The position numbers and the translations under genes were made by a program. A DNA stretch of 64,000 nucleotides, taken from contig CAWEWF010000008.1 in NCBI GenBank assembly GCA_963812605.1, forward strand, positions 64,001-128,000, in the 5' to 3' direction. Each line of letters opens with the position of its first letter. The stretch's first letter is position 1. Below the pieces are notes generated by a model. That model was not told the origin of the DNA. It worked only from the letters and a program-made list of their open reading frames with translations, and searched no databases. Source of the DNA: an uncultured Verrucomicrobiae bacterium. GTDB lineage: Bacteria; Verrucomicrobiota; Verrucomicrobiia; Palsa-1439. Of this stretch, positions 44,998 to 57,346 are shown piece by piece.

Positions 44998-45291
44998 TCA
45001 TTTACAGGATGGTCTGGAGAATGCCTGAGCTTTTAAGTCCTGGCTGCGCGTGATGCCGAATCGCTTGAGGGCTTCCGCACGGTTGATGAAATCGCCTTTT
45101 TCGGTGACGAAGCCGTGGTTGTTATCATCGCCGGTCCAAGCGTCGAGCGTGTCGGCGGGCACCAGAATGTCCCGCAGCAGACGCAGGTACAACATGATGT
45201 GACTCTCTCTCGGAATGCCAACATACACCTTGCCTTCGATGGTGAACGCAACTGCGCGCACCTTGTCGTGGTCTGCCCCGTCATTGATCAT
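44998..45291 (-). CDS. Small hypothetical protein, phage-like GF.T..G.F..R.EA motif
   Basis: HGFVTEKGDFINRAEA; 97 aa. Confidence 0.55.
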   Translation of the reverse strand: MINDGADHDKVRAVAFTIEGKVYVGIPRESHIMLYLRLLRDILVPADTLDAWTGDDNNHGFVTEKGDFINRAEALKRFGITRSQDLKAQAFSRPSCK

Positions 45292-45803
45292 AAGAAACTC
45301 CGATCGATGAAGTCGCGCCCCGACGCGCAACGTGGCGCGGCCACGGGGTGGCGGGGGGACTGGTTTTTCGTTTCACAAACCGCGGACAATACGCCGCGAA
45401 GCCTGACCGGTACTATGGGGTGTTCACCCCATATACAGGATTTGGTGAATCCAGCGCCTACGGCAGCAACCGCACGCGGCAGAGGCGGGGGGAAGTGGAG
45501 TGCCGCCCATTCCGTGCGCAATGGTGTGCAGCACGGCGGTCACCAAAAGGTGGTAAATATTTACCACTCAATGGCGCGAGGGGCCTCAGTCGCCACCGAG
45601 TCGTGGTCAGTCAACGACCTTGGGGGATTCAGTGTCTACGGCACCAGACGCACGCCGTAGTAGCGGGCGGGCTCAACATAGCCTTCCTCGCTTAAACAGT
45701 CCGCTTCGAAACCAATTCTCAACCTGCGTGCTCCGTCCGCCGGGTACGGTTCAACTTTCCTTTTTCAACTTCTGCCCAAGCCGGTGGCGTGCTCGACCCT
45801 CCG

Positions 45804-48800
45804 CTACTTCGCTGTTCCGGATTTATCGGCTGTGGCGGTGTAAAGCAGCACGCTGTCGTCAGCGAATGCCTCATCTCCAACCATGAGCACCGCCGGCAGC
45901 GACACGGTAACGCCAGGGTGTGGTGTCGTGGCGTTGGTCAAACCGTAGGCGGCCCATGAACTGGCAAATGAACCATGACTCAATTTGACCGTCACCGTCC
46001 AGACGGCGGGCCGCGTCTTCGTCGCTTTGCGTAATGCGAGCCGACAAGTCCCTTGGGCGTTCACACCGCGTCCCTGGCTGTCGAGCGTAAACGTCTCTTG
46101 CGCTTCCCCGATGTCCAAGGCCAGCGTTTGACCGGCCGGGCAGGAAATCGGGACTCAGTTCCGGCGTGGCGGTGAGACTGCAACTGTCGGAATTCGCCTT
46201 CGCGAAGTTCAACTTTGCCTGCAACTTGGTGACGGCAAGCTGGCAGGCTACCGCAACCGTCAGGTTGCTGGTGATCGAAGCTCCGCCGGCGCTCACGGTA
46301 ACGCTGGCCGTGGCCGGCCCGCAATTGGTGGTGGCATAGACATGCAGCGCGGTGCTGAGGGACGACTCGGCGTTGGTCACATCGTCCCCGAATTGCCACT
46401 GATAACTGAGTGGCTGGCCCACCGGACCGGTCGCGCCGACATTGAAGACATTCGTCTCGCCCACCATGACCACGGAAACGTTTGGAATGTTCAGCAGTGC
46501 ATTTGTGACGACGGGCGCCGAGACAATGAGCAAGGCTTGATTGGTTGGCGCCAGCACGGCGTGGACAATGAGGTTGGTCATGCTCAAGCCGCCGTAACCG
46601 AAAACCGTCAGCGTGACCGAGTAGATGCCGGCGTTCGAATACGTATGGCTCGGGCTGGTCAGGGGGCTCGTACCCTCGTCATCAAAGGTCCACAAGCGGC
46701 CGGTGATAATGCCACTGGACGCATCGGTGAAGTTCACCAATAGCGGCGCTGTGCCCATTGTCGGACTGGCCGTGAAACCCGCCACCGGTGGCGGCGCCAG
46801 AACCGTACCGGGACCGACGGGGTAGGTAGAGAACGAGACGGTGCCATTGTTGGCATTGATCAGGCCGTTATTGACCACCGGCCCGGCGAAGAAGGTGCTC
46901 GCCCCGCTGCTGACCACGATGGTGCCGTTGTTGGTGACGAGACCGGCAAAGTTCAATGTGCCGCACTCATTCGTGATCGTTCCCAGGTTGATCACGGCGC
47001 CATTGATCGTGCCGCAGCCGTTGAGCATGGCTCCGGCATTCACCGTCAACCCGGCATCGAAGGCATGGGTGCCGCCCAGCAGCGTCATGGTGGCCGCATG
47101 GATGCCGTCGCCCACCACGAAGGGCTGGCCGTTGGAGTTGGTCGTCGCCATGACCGTGAGTTGGCCTTGCCCAAAAACAAATCGACCTTGCGGGCTGATC
47201 GTGAGCGGGCCGGTTAATGTGCCGCCCTGGATGGACAGGGTGCCCGGGTTGCTACTGTTGCTGACGACCACCCGGGAAGCCGTCACGGTGCCGTTGGAGA
47301 TCGTCATCTGCCCGACTCCGTCGTTGCCGATGAAGGTGGTGTTGTTGGTGGCCAGCAGATCGCCACCGGTCATCCAGACCACACCGGTGGAATCCGGGTC
47401 TTCCCCGACATGCAGTAACGAGACCACCGATAGTGTGCCCCCGTCGATCAGCATGGAACCATTATCGTTGTAGCCGATGTAGATGTCCTCGCAGAAGATC
47501 AAGCCGTTGGACAGGGTCACCCCTCCCGGATGCGTCTGCCCGCCGTAAATGGTGCCGTTGGTAAGAATCAGCTCACCGCCATCCACGGTCAGGTCGTTGG
47601 CCACTAGGGCGGTATTGGTGCCGGCCGAACTGAACCCAAAATCGACAGTGCCACCGCTGCTGATGGTCAGATCGCCATGACCTCCGGCGCTACTGCCCAA
47701 CAGGATCGTACTGGCCAGTACTGTGCCGTTGGAGACCATCATATGACCCACGCCCACGCCATTGGTGCTGGTGCCATCATTGCCGATGCCGATGACGCCG
47801 TTGGTCACGATAAGCTGGCCGCCAACCACCTGTAGGGCATCCGTCGAGCCAATACCGGCGCCGAATTGTGTGTTCGTGCCGATATTCACCGTTCCGCCGG
47901 TTATATGGACGAATGCTTGGAAGTTCGTTGCTAAAGTCGTGCTGCCGTTAAGTTGTGACAGGACTGTTAAAGTCCCACCGGAGACCGTCAGGGTTCCTTG
48001 ACTCTGAATGTTCGTTGAGATTGCTAGCGAACTGCACAATACCGAACCATTCGACAGTGTGAGCGAAGCGCTGCCGATGTTGATAAATCCCAACCCGTTG
48101 GTGACGACGAGGGTCCCGCCGGTCACCCAAACGGTGCCGGTCGTGCCCCCAAGCACACCGGCCTCGATAAAGTCGCTCGATTCCAGGTATCCACTCCCTG
48201 AGACAGTGAGCGTCCCGTCGCTACCAGGGTTGCTGCCGATGCGCAAGCTGATCATAAGGACAGTGCCGCCAGTGACCGTCATTTCCCCCGCGCCACCCAC
48301 GCCCAACAAGGTGGGGGCGTCTTGGGCGATGAGAGTTCCTCCCGTCACGAGCACCGTGCCTAGCGCACCTGGCGCCCCGCCGACCTCTAAGTCGAAGGCG
48401 CCTGGGATGCAATTCGCGAATTGGAGCGTGCCGCCGGACAAGTTGAGCGTGCCTTGCGAGCCGCTATTGTTGCCCACACTAATGCTGAAGGACACCATCT
48501 CGCCGCCCTGGATGGTCAACGTACCGGTGCCATTCAGGCCAACGTCCAATCGAAAGGATTCACAAATAGAATTGGTCGTAGTAAGCACGCCGCTGGCCAG
48601 GGTCAGGGCCCCATCCAAGTAGAGGGGATTTACCCCGGGCGGGTAATCGAAATACGGGAAACCATAATACTCGACGGCCGAGTTGGTGATGTAGAGTAGC
48701 CCGCCGTTGGTAATAACGAGCGAGTTCAAGATCCGCAGCGGCACGTTTGTGCCGGCATTGTTCAGTAACAGTTCGTTCACCGACCCAGCGGGCGCTCCCA

Positions 48801-49071
48801 GAAAGAGGCTGTTGATGGTCAGGCTATTTGAAAAGCTGCCGGACGTTGTGGCGTCGATCGTGACGGTTTTGGAGACGGTATTGGTGATCAGGTCGGCTGC
48901 ATCGCTGGTGGATGGTGCGGTGCCCAGCGACCAGTTGGCCCCCGTCTCCCATTTGCCGCTGGCGGTGTTAGTGTAACTGTTGACCTGGGCTTGGGCGGAG
49001 GACAGAAACGTGCTCGTAACGCTTCCGCAAAGCACGAGAACAAACCCGATTGTCAGGGCCTTTGAGTGCAT
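45804..49071 (-). CDS. Secreted Gly/Thr/Asn-rich beta-solenoid (passenger-like repeats) + PKD domains + basic C-terminal beta domain; frameshift near 46135
   Basis: Signal peptide; G.LT..GG repeats; PVAGFTASP..G.APL.VNFTD.S PKD motif; paralog of 49211-54551. Confidence 0.8.
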
Positions 49072-49192
49072 CGGTCCACTTCTGACTGAGGATGAAAAGC
49101 TGCCAACTTCCGCCGCTCGCCTGCGGCGTATCTTTCCACAGGCGCCGAGTTAATCAAAATTGGGAACGGCTGTCCAGAGGGAACGGCGCTCC
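49072..49192 (-). promoter_or_regulatory. Duplicated promoter/leader, copy 1: TGGACA-17-TTAACT plus conserved hairpin
   Basis: Homologous to 54552-54669; -35 at 49176-49171, TG-extended -10 at 49153-49148; hairpin CGCCGC-AGGCGA-GCGGCG at 49128-49111. Confidence 0.65.
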
Positions 49193-49210
49193 GCGATGCT
49201 TGCTTCGGCG

Positions 49211-52200
49211 CTACTGGAGGAAGAGCCTGATGGAGACCTTCTCGGCGGTGGCGTTGGTGCCCTTCAACGAAAGGCGCCCGGCGCTGAATGTGCCGGAGAA
49301 GTTGATCGGCTGTCTGTCGAAGGTGATGTACCCGTACACCTTGCTGCGGGAGGTCACCAGCAATTGTCCCACCATCATGTCCGGAGCGTCGCTCGTGGCG
49401 ATGTTGAAGATGCCAACATCATTGGCATTGGTGGTGATGAGGTAGCTCATATTCATCGGGGTCTTGACTACCGTCACCGCTCCCGACCAAGTGCCGCTAA
49501 TATCCGGGGGCATCGTCGTCGCCGGGATGCCCTTCCAGTGGAAGGTGCCGATCGTAGTGGACGCCACCCCGCTGAGACTCTTGCGGCTCTTGACCGGACC
49601 CACGAACGTGCCGGTCCAATTCATGGTGCTGCCGGTCACTTCGGAGAATGATCCCGTCACTTGCCCCGCGGCATTCGTGCCCCACAGGCCCGAGATGTCG
49701 TCGAGCCCAAAGGTCTGATTTCGAATCCCATAGCCGCTGGCAGTGAAATCATCCGCGAAGCTCAGGAACTGGGCGCCTTTGTCAAAGCTGCTGATCGTGA
49801 CCTCCCAATCACCGAGCGGCGAGTTCTTGGCGCCGACGTAGATCCTCACCACGGACGATGTGCCGATCTCGCCGACCAGGTCGGTGGCGCGAGCGAAAAG
49901 GGTATGAGTGCCGGGTGTGGAACCGACCGCGAAGTTTGTTGTTCCCGGGTTGGACGCAGTCTCCCCGATCTTCGCGCCGTCGGCAAAGAACTCGATCTTG
50001 CTGATGGCCCCGCCGTTGTGGGCCGTGGCGCTCGCGACAATCGTGATCGAGTTTGTCAACGGATACAACATGCCATCGGCGGGACGGATGGTTATGGTTG
50101 GCGGAGCATTCGTCACCGTGATCAGGTTGGCGAGGTTGGTCACGCTCGAACCGCCCGGGCCCGAGACCGTCAGCGTAACCGAATAGACGCCAGCGGTGGA
50201 GTAGATGTGGCTCGGGCTGATCAAGGTGCTGATACCGCCGTCATCAAAGGTCCACACGCGGCCGGTGATGATGCCGCTCGAGGCATCGGTGAAGTTCACC
50301 AATAGCGGCGTCGTGCCCGTTGTCGGACTGGCCGTGAAACCCGCCACCGGTGGCGGCGCCAGAACCGTACCGGGACCGACGGGGTAGGTAGAGAACGAGA
50401 CGGTGCCATTGTTGACATTGATCAGCCCGTTGTTGACCACCGGGCCCGAGAAATTGATCGTCGCCCCGCTGCTGACCACGATGGTGCCGTTGTTGGTGAC
50501 AAGATTGGTAAAGCTTAGCGGGCCGCATTCATTCGTGATCGTTCCCAGATTCACCACGGTGCCATTGATCGTGCCGCAGCCGGTGAGCAGGGCGTTGGTG
50601 GACACCGTCAACCCGGCATCGAAGGAATGGGTTCCGCCCAGCAGCGTCATGGTGGCTGCATGGGTGCCATCACCGACCACGAAGGACTGGCCGTTGGAAC
50701 TGGTCGTCGCCGTGACCACCAGTCGCCCCTGGCCGAAAACAAATCGACCGTGCGGGCTGATGGTGAGGTCAGCGGTCAGTATGCCGCCCTGGATCGACAG
50801 CGTGCCCGGGTTGCTGCTGTTGCTGACCATGACCCGGGAAGCCGTCACCGTGCCGTTGGAGATCGTCATTTGCCCGACTCCAGCATTGCCGATGAAGGTG
50901 GCATTGTTGTTGGTGAGTTGAAGATCGCCGCCATTGATCCAGACCGAACCGCTGGAACTGGGGCCTTCACCGATGAACAATTGCGAGGTCACCGACATGG
51001 TGCCGTTGTCCATGGTCAAGGTGCCGGCGTCATCATCGCCGACATTCACCACGATGCAGTTCGCCGTTCCGTCGACGATCGTCACGGTACCCGCATGGGC
51101 GTTGCCACAGTCCAAAGGTACCGTTAAAAATGTCCAGTTCTCCCCCTTGGATCGTCACGTCGTTGGGCACCAGCAACGCGTTAGAACCGATCAGGCTGAC
51201 CAGCCCGTTGCTCAGGATGGTCAGGTCGCCATGACCTCCGGTACTGCTGCCCAACAACATCGTATTGGCTAGTACCATGGCGTTGGAAACCAGCATGCTG
51301 CCCATGCCCACACCATTGGTGCTGGTGCCATCATTGCCAACGCCGATGACGCCGTTGGTCGCGGTCAACTGGCCACCCATCACGGCGACGGTGCCGGTGG
51401 AGCTGGAAGCAGAGCCTACAGTCATATTGCTGTTGACCATCATCTGTCCGCCGCTCATCGCCAGGCTACCGAACGAGTTGGTGACGGTCCCAATCAGCGC
51501 CTGACCGACGACTGCCATTCCACCGTTGGAAACAGTCAAGCTGCCAGATCCGGCATTTCCGAGTACCAGCGGAGCATTTCCGAATAACAAGTGGCCGCTG
51601 TTCACCTCAACCGAGCCGGTGACTCCCGCGCCGGATCCCACTACCAGACCATTCGTGCCGGCCAGGATCTGGACGGTTCCGCCGGCGACGGTCAGAGTGC
51701 CCACTACGCCAAAATTCGTAGCGATTTGGCTGCCCACGAAGATCGACCGAGCCATCAGGGTGGCGTTGTTGGAGACAGTGACGCTGGCAGTGGCACCCTC
51801 AAGGCCACCCAAGCCAATGTTGACATGCCCGGCGGGCTCCGCATTCGTTACGACCAATTGTCCGCCTGTCAGTAAGATCTCCGCATGAAACTGACCAACC
51901 ATGGTGAGATTGGAAGAGAGGCTGACTGTGCCTGCCTCGTCGATCTCCAGGAAGCCCGATGCTCCGAAAGTGTCGCCGAAGTCAGCCATCCTCATGCCTT
52001 GCCCCTGGACAGTCGCGTTGCTAACCATCATGGTGCCAGAACCGCCGCCGACACCCAAACTGATGTCACCATTTGTGACGATGAGTTGACCACCAGTCAC
52101 GAAGATCGCACCGATTGCGCTACGCGTGAGAGCAACGCCAAGCCCCCCGCTCAGAGTCATCGTGCCACCCGCGACGGTTAGCGTCCCCGAGGCCCCTAGG

Positions 52201-54551
52201 CCGCCCTCAGGAATACTCACGCCGCCGGCTTCCACCGTGCCATTTGAAAGAGTCAGTTGTCCATCGGGGGTATCGATCCCCGCAATGCCCCCCACGTTAA
52301 TGGTCCCGCCGGTTACAACGAGGCTTCCACCAACGACCCAAATAGCTCCCGGCGAATGGAATCCGTCGACCCCTATATTGGGCGCGGTACCCATGACAAC
52401 GCCCCCGGATTGGATTGTGACCGTTCCGCCTACCTGAAATCCTGATCCAACCTGAAGACTGGAATTGGAGACAACCAATTGGGCGCCTTGATCGTCCAGG
52501 CTGAGATTGCCGATAATGTTGAGCGGTGTATTGGTTCCGGCGTTGCTCAGGAATAGAGTATTGGTTGCGAGCAGCGTATTCAAGATTGGCGCTAAAGAGC
52601 CGGAGATTTCCAGGTTGCTGATCGTCATCGTCGCCGGAGAGCCGCCCGAGGTTGCACCGTCAATCGTGACGGTTTTGGTGACCGGATTGGCAATGGAAAT
52701 TGCGCTCTGTGTGGAATTTGGCGGTGTTCCGAGCGACCAGTTCGGGCCATCTTCCCACTTGCCGCTCACGGAACTGATGTAACTGTTGGCCGTGCCATTT
52801 GTTACGTCAATCAAACCGGCTTGGATGTTCGTACTCACTCCCAGCGGACCACTCGCGATAAGGCTCACCGGGTAGGTCCCGGGCGCCACGTAGGTGTGCA
52901 AAACAAAGCGAAAGCTATTCGTCCCGTAATCGATATTGGTGCTGCTCCCATCTCCGAATGACCAGAACCAGTTGGTGATCGTGCCGGTTGAGGTATCAGC
53001 AAAAAAGACATCTAACGGCGCGGGACCACTGGTCGATGTCTCTGTGTCGAAATCCGCCACCGGCGGAACGCTGCCCACGCCGATTAAGAGCGTTGCGAAA
53101 ATGTCGCCGTTTGCGTCAACCAGTAAGTTTTCCTGGGATCCGCCGGCAGAGGATGGACTAAAGCTCACCACTACATTCATTGAATTGTTGGGGGGGAGGC
53201 TGAATGGACCACCGCCAGAGACGATAGCAAAGGGATCCACGACACTCTGGACGTGGCCAGTGACGGTCATGGCACCAACATTGGTCACCAAAAAGCTGGC
53301 CTGGCCGATTGTTCCCGTGGGGATATATGAAAAGTCCACGGTCTCTGGAAGTATGCTGACAGTTCCCGCAATGAGGAGACTGCCGCTATTCGTAATCGTC
53401 GAGTTGAATTGGACGCTGCCGCCAAGAGTATTGATCAGGCCGTTGTTGATAACTGGACCATTAAAAACGAGGGTCGCCCCGTTGGTGGCGACAATGCGGG
53501 CGTTATTGGTGACCGCGCAATCAAAGGTGAGCGTGCCACCCTGGCAATCATTAGTGATCGTCCCAAAGTTTACGACAAAGGCAGCGTCAACGGTGCCGCA
53601 CCCCGTGAGAAAGGCGTTGGAGACTACAATCATTCCACCGCTGGCGCTGGCGCTTCCATTTTCAATCAATTCCAACGTCGCGGGGTGATTTCCATCTCCG
53701 ATATCAAAGTCCGTATTCTCGAAATACTGGAACGTGGCAGTTTCTATTCGTCCCGAGCCGAATGCTAAGAATGTATCCAGCGTGCTCACCTGCCCGGAAA
53801 CTGAGCCACCCTGGATGGACAATGTGCCTCCCTCCTGGCTTATCGTGCCAGCAACGAACCCGTTGGAAATCGTCAGTTGGGCAATTTCGGTACTGTTTTC
53901 AAGATTGCCTAGGATTATTTCAGAGTCGATTTGGCCACCATTTATCCAGACGATTGCCGATCCGCTGCCTTGAAAGATTCCAGCAGACTCGATGACGGAG
54001 TTGCCATTCACAGTCAATGTGCCCGTCGATCCACCGAAATTACCTAATATGATCTGATCATCGGTCACAATCGCTCCGCTATTCATCGTCAAGGAGCCTT
54101 GTCCGTTATTGCCGATAACGAGGTTGGGATTTCCACTAGCGGGTCCAACCACATTGTCCACAACCAACGCAGAGTTCGAGACGAGCAACGCCCCGCCACT
54201 GCCAATCGTCAGTGCATTGAGCACTTGTAATGGAGGTGTCGGACCTGTGTTGGTCAACAGTAAAGTGTTGACCACTCCGCTGCCGGAGAGCGTCAGGCTA
54301 TTGACGGTCATCGTTGACGGGAAGTTACTCGAAGTCGTGCTGTCAATCGTCACCGTTTTGTTGGCGGCATTGGTGATGAAGATGGATTGAGTGTTGGTCG
54401 GCGAAAGATCAAGCGACCAGTTGGCGGGCGTTTCCCATTTGCCACCTGCGGTATTGGTGTAACTGTTTACCTGAGCTTGAACGGGGCACAAAAACGTGGT
54501 GCTTCCGGAAAGCGTGAGATAGAATCCGATTGCCAGAGCTTTTGATTGCAT
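49211..54551 (-). CDS. Large secreted beta-solenoid + PKD + Ig-like protein (about 1780 aa); frameshift near 51120
   Basis: Two NSY....GKWE...NWSL-capped solenoid blocks, two PKD domains, ISKIEFFADG Big-like domain, distinct C-terminal domain. Confidence 0.8.
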
Positions 54552-54669
54552 TGGTCTGCTTCCGACTGACGATAAGCCGCCAACTTTCGCCGCTCGCCTG
54601 CGGCGGGCTTCTCCAGGCGCGCCAAGTTAATCAAAACCGGGGGCGGCTGTCCAGAGGGAATGGCGCTCC
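54552..54669 (-). promoter_or_regulatory. Duplicated promoter/leader, copy 2
   Basis: TGGACA (54653-54648)-17-TTAACT (54630-54625); identical hairpin at 54605-54588. Confidence 0.65.
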
Positions 54670-54795
54670 ACATCACACACTTCGCGGAGTTGGGTTTCTT
54701 GAACAGGTCGCAGATTTTGGCGCAACGCGCGAGTAATTTGGCTTGCTTCACACTCGGGCGCAATTATGATGACCCACGGCAGGGGAATTCGCGGC

Positions 54796-57279
54796 ATGAT
54801 GAATCGGAAGAGTGCGCGCTATTCGTTGTTGCTGATCAGCCTTTTGTGGCCGCTTCTGCATACCACCCCATGTTCCTCACAAGGTCATGTCGTTCTTGAC
54901 GGAACACTGGGCAGCAGCGGTCCGTTATCGGGTCCCAATTTTAACATCACCTCGGGACTCGGCAAGACCGTCGGCAATAATCTCTTTCAAAGTTTCAGCC
55001 AGTTCGATCTGGTCAATGGTGACGTGGCAACTTTTTCCGGTCCGGCCAATATCCATAACGTCCTGGCCAGGGTGACGGGCGGGAGTCTTTCTTCGATCGA
55101 CGGGACGATTGAATCGAGCATCCAGGGGGCCAATCTGTTTTTTATCAATCCGTTCGGCGTGCTGTTCGAATCCAACGCCAAGATCAATGTCAGCGGTTCG
55201 TTCGCGGTCACCACCGCCAGTTACATCAAGCTGGCCGATGGCGGGAGATTTGACGCGGTCAATCCGGGCGACAGCATCTTGACCGCTGCTCCGGTGAGCG
55301 CCTTTGGATTCTCCGGCACGCCGGGGAGCATTTCTTTTGCCGCGAATCAAGGCACGCTGGGCGTGAACGCCGGCCAGAGCTTCTCCGTGATCGGCGGTGA
55401 CATCATGATAAATGGGGCAACGATTCAAGCGCCGGGTGGCCGCGTCAACCTCGTCAGCGTCAAATCCGCCGGAGAACTGGCGCTGGATGTGACGGACTTC
55501 ACGGCTCTTCCTAACACGACAGCTTTCAGCAGCCTGGGCCAGATTACCGTACAGAATCAGAGCGTGATTAATGCGAGTGCAGATGGCGGCGGGCAGGTAG
55601 TGATTCGTGGCGGAACGCTGATGGTGCAAAACTCCCTGATTGAAGCGAATACCCTCGGCGCGTTTGATGGCAAGGGGATCGATATTAATGTGACCGGTAA
55701 TCTCGTTGTAAACGGCGGCGCAATTAGTACAGACACTTCAGGCTCGGGGGATGGAGGCTCGCTCAATATCACGGCGGGTGCGATCACTCTTAACGCAGAG
55801 GGAAGTACTACCCTATTCGGAATTCTCTCTGATGACGTAAGCGGGAGCGGAAACGGTGGGAACGTCAACATTGCCACCCCGACTCTTGATATATTGAATG
55901 GGGCGCGAGTCTCAGCCGCGACGGGCGGCGTGGGTAATGGCGGTAACGTCACGGTTTCCGCCAACAGAATCGATATCGATGCCCAGAATGCCCAAGGACC
56001 AGAGGCGCCGTTGACGGGGTTCGCCGTGAGTTCCCAGTCAATGGATGCGGGTGGTGGCAATGCTGGCAGCATCGTTATTCGCCCGCTGAGCGGCGCGCTC
56101 AGTCTACAGGTTGTCAACGGCGGATTGATCTCCGCGAACACACAGGGCGGCGGTGCCGGAGGCGGCATTGATATCATCGCCGATTCCATTCTATTGGACG
56201 GACAGGGCGCTTCCATTGGCACAGGAATCGCCGCGACGACCTTCTCAACGGGTGCGGCCGGCGAAATTACCATTCACCAAACTCGCACACTCACCATGCT
56301 GAACGGCGCAACGATTGATGCCGAAACCCATGGTTCCGGAGCCGGAGGCGACATCGACATCGCGGCGAAGACCATTGACATGGAAAGTTCTTCCGCGATT
56401 TCTGCCGGGACAATAGGCCATGGACCGGGGGGCGGAATCACCTTGACTGCCAAAACGATTCATGTGGATGGAAACAACACCCAAGTGACCGCCGGCAACG
56501 ACGATGGCTTTGATGGTGATGCGCCCGCGGGTGATATTATCATTCGGACCGGTTCCCTCGATGTTCTGAATGGCGCAGCGGTCTCTGCCCTGGTAAAGGC
56601 CGGTAATGGAGGCAACATCAGCATTACCGCCCATTCCAGCATCGACGTCCTGAATGCCGGCATCACTGCTTCGGCACCTAAGGGTGATGGGGGCAACGTC
56701 ACCATCATTGCCGGTGATTTTCAATCGGTGGACAGCCAAATCACTGCCAACGCAGCTCAGATCGGCGGCAACATTAGCCTGAGTGTGCTGTCAACGATTA
56801 GCCTTGAGAATAGCCCGATCACCGCTATCGCTGGCGCGACGAGCCCGAACGCCAGGATGAGTGCCAGCATTATGGGTGGCAACATTTTTATTGGCCCACC
56901 GCTCCTTCTCTTTGATGCCGCGTTCACGGGATCCGCGGACCCGCAGTCCACGATCAACGCCAGCGCCAAGGGTATGGGAAGCGTGGGAGGCAACGTTACA
57001 TTTGCGCGAAACTTCACCTATGTCAACGTATTGCATTCAGGAGACTTTGAGAACGGCACGCTGAAAATTGGCGGACCAATTCTTGATTTGACGGGAATTG
57101 TGGCTCCGTTGCCCGGGTCACTGTTGGACGTCGAGGCAGAGCTTCAGCCTTACTGCGGAATGAATCTGGCCGGTGACGTCAGCAGTTTCCTCGTGCGCGG
57201 CAGCGGGGGAGTGGTCTTGGAGCCGTTCGGCGTGTCGCCGAGCTTCGGATGGCCGGTTTTCGATGACAAGAGGCGATAG
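54796..57279 (+). CDS. Filamentous haemagglutinin N-terminal (TPS) domain beta-helix protein
   Basis: GNNLFQSFSQF, RVTGG..S.IDG, ANLFFINPFG, GNGGNV repeats; C-terminal LP....D......C......SSF.V.G.GG...EP motif. Confidence 0.88.
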   Translation: MMNRKSARYSLLLISLLWPLLHTTPCSSQGHVVLDGTLGSSGPLSGPNFNITSGLGKTVGNNLFQSFSQFDLVNGDVATFSGPANIHNVLARVTGGSLSSIDGTIESSIQGANLFFINPFGVLFESNAKINVSGSFAVTTASYIKLADGGRFDAVNPGDSILTAAPVSAFGFSGTPGSISFAANQGTLGVNAGQSFSVIGGDIMINGATIQAPGGRVNLVSVKSAGELALDVTDFTALPNTTAFSSLGQITVQNQSVINASADGGGQVVIRGGTLMVQNSLIEANTLGAFDGKGIDINVTGNLVVNGGAISTDTSGSGDGGSLNITAGAITLNAEGSTTLFGILSDDVSGSGNGGNVNIATPTLDILNGARVSAATGGVGNGGNVTVSANRIDIDAQNAQGPEAPLTGFAVSSQSMDAGGGNAGSIVIRPLSGALSLQVVNGGLISANTQGGGAGGGIDIIADSILLDGQGASIGTGIAATTFSTGAAGEITIHQTRTLTMLNGATIDAETHGSGAGGDIDIAAKTIDMESSSAISAGTIGHGPGGGITLTAKTIHVDGNNTQVTAGNDDGFDGDAPAGDIIIRTGSLDVLNGAAVSALVKAGNGGNISITAHSSIDVLNAGITASAPKGDGGNVTIIAGDFQSVDSQITANAAQIGGNISLSVLSTISLENSPITAIAGATSPNARMSASIMGGNIFIGPPLLLFDAAFTGSADPQSTINASAKGMGSVGGNVTFARNFTYVNVLHSGDFENGTLKIGGPILDLTGIVAPLPGSLLDVEAELQPYCGMNLAGDVSSFLVRGSGGVVLEPFGVSPSFGWPVFDDKRR

Positions 57280-57346
57280 GACGATTTTCGATGGCAACGG
57301 CAATGGCCAATCTTCATTCAAGAGCAACTTCATGGTGGCGATACAG

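Noticed and set aside
49086-49098. CTGAGGA..GAAA (and CTGACGA in copy 2) as a hammerhead ribozyme core
   Set aside because: No stem II between the motifs, GAAA is absent from copy 2, and it lies on the antisense strand
46620-50900. Near-identical segments as a DGR template/variable repeat pair
   Set aside because: No reverse transcriptase is present, both copies are coding, and the differences are not confined to adenines; gene duplication explains them
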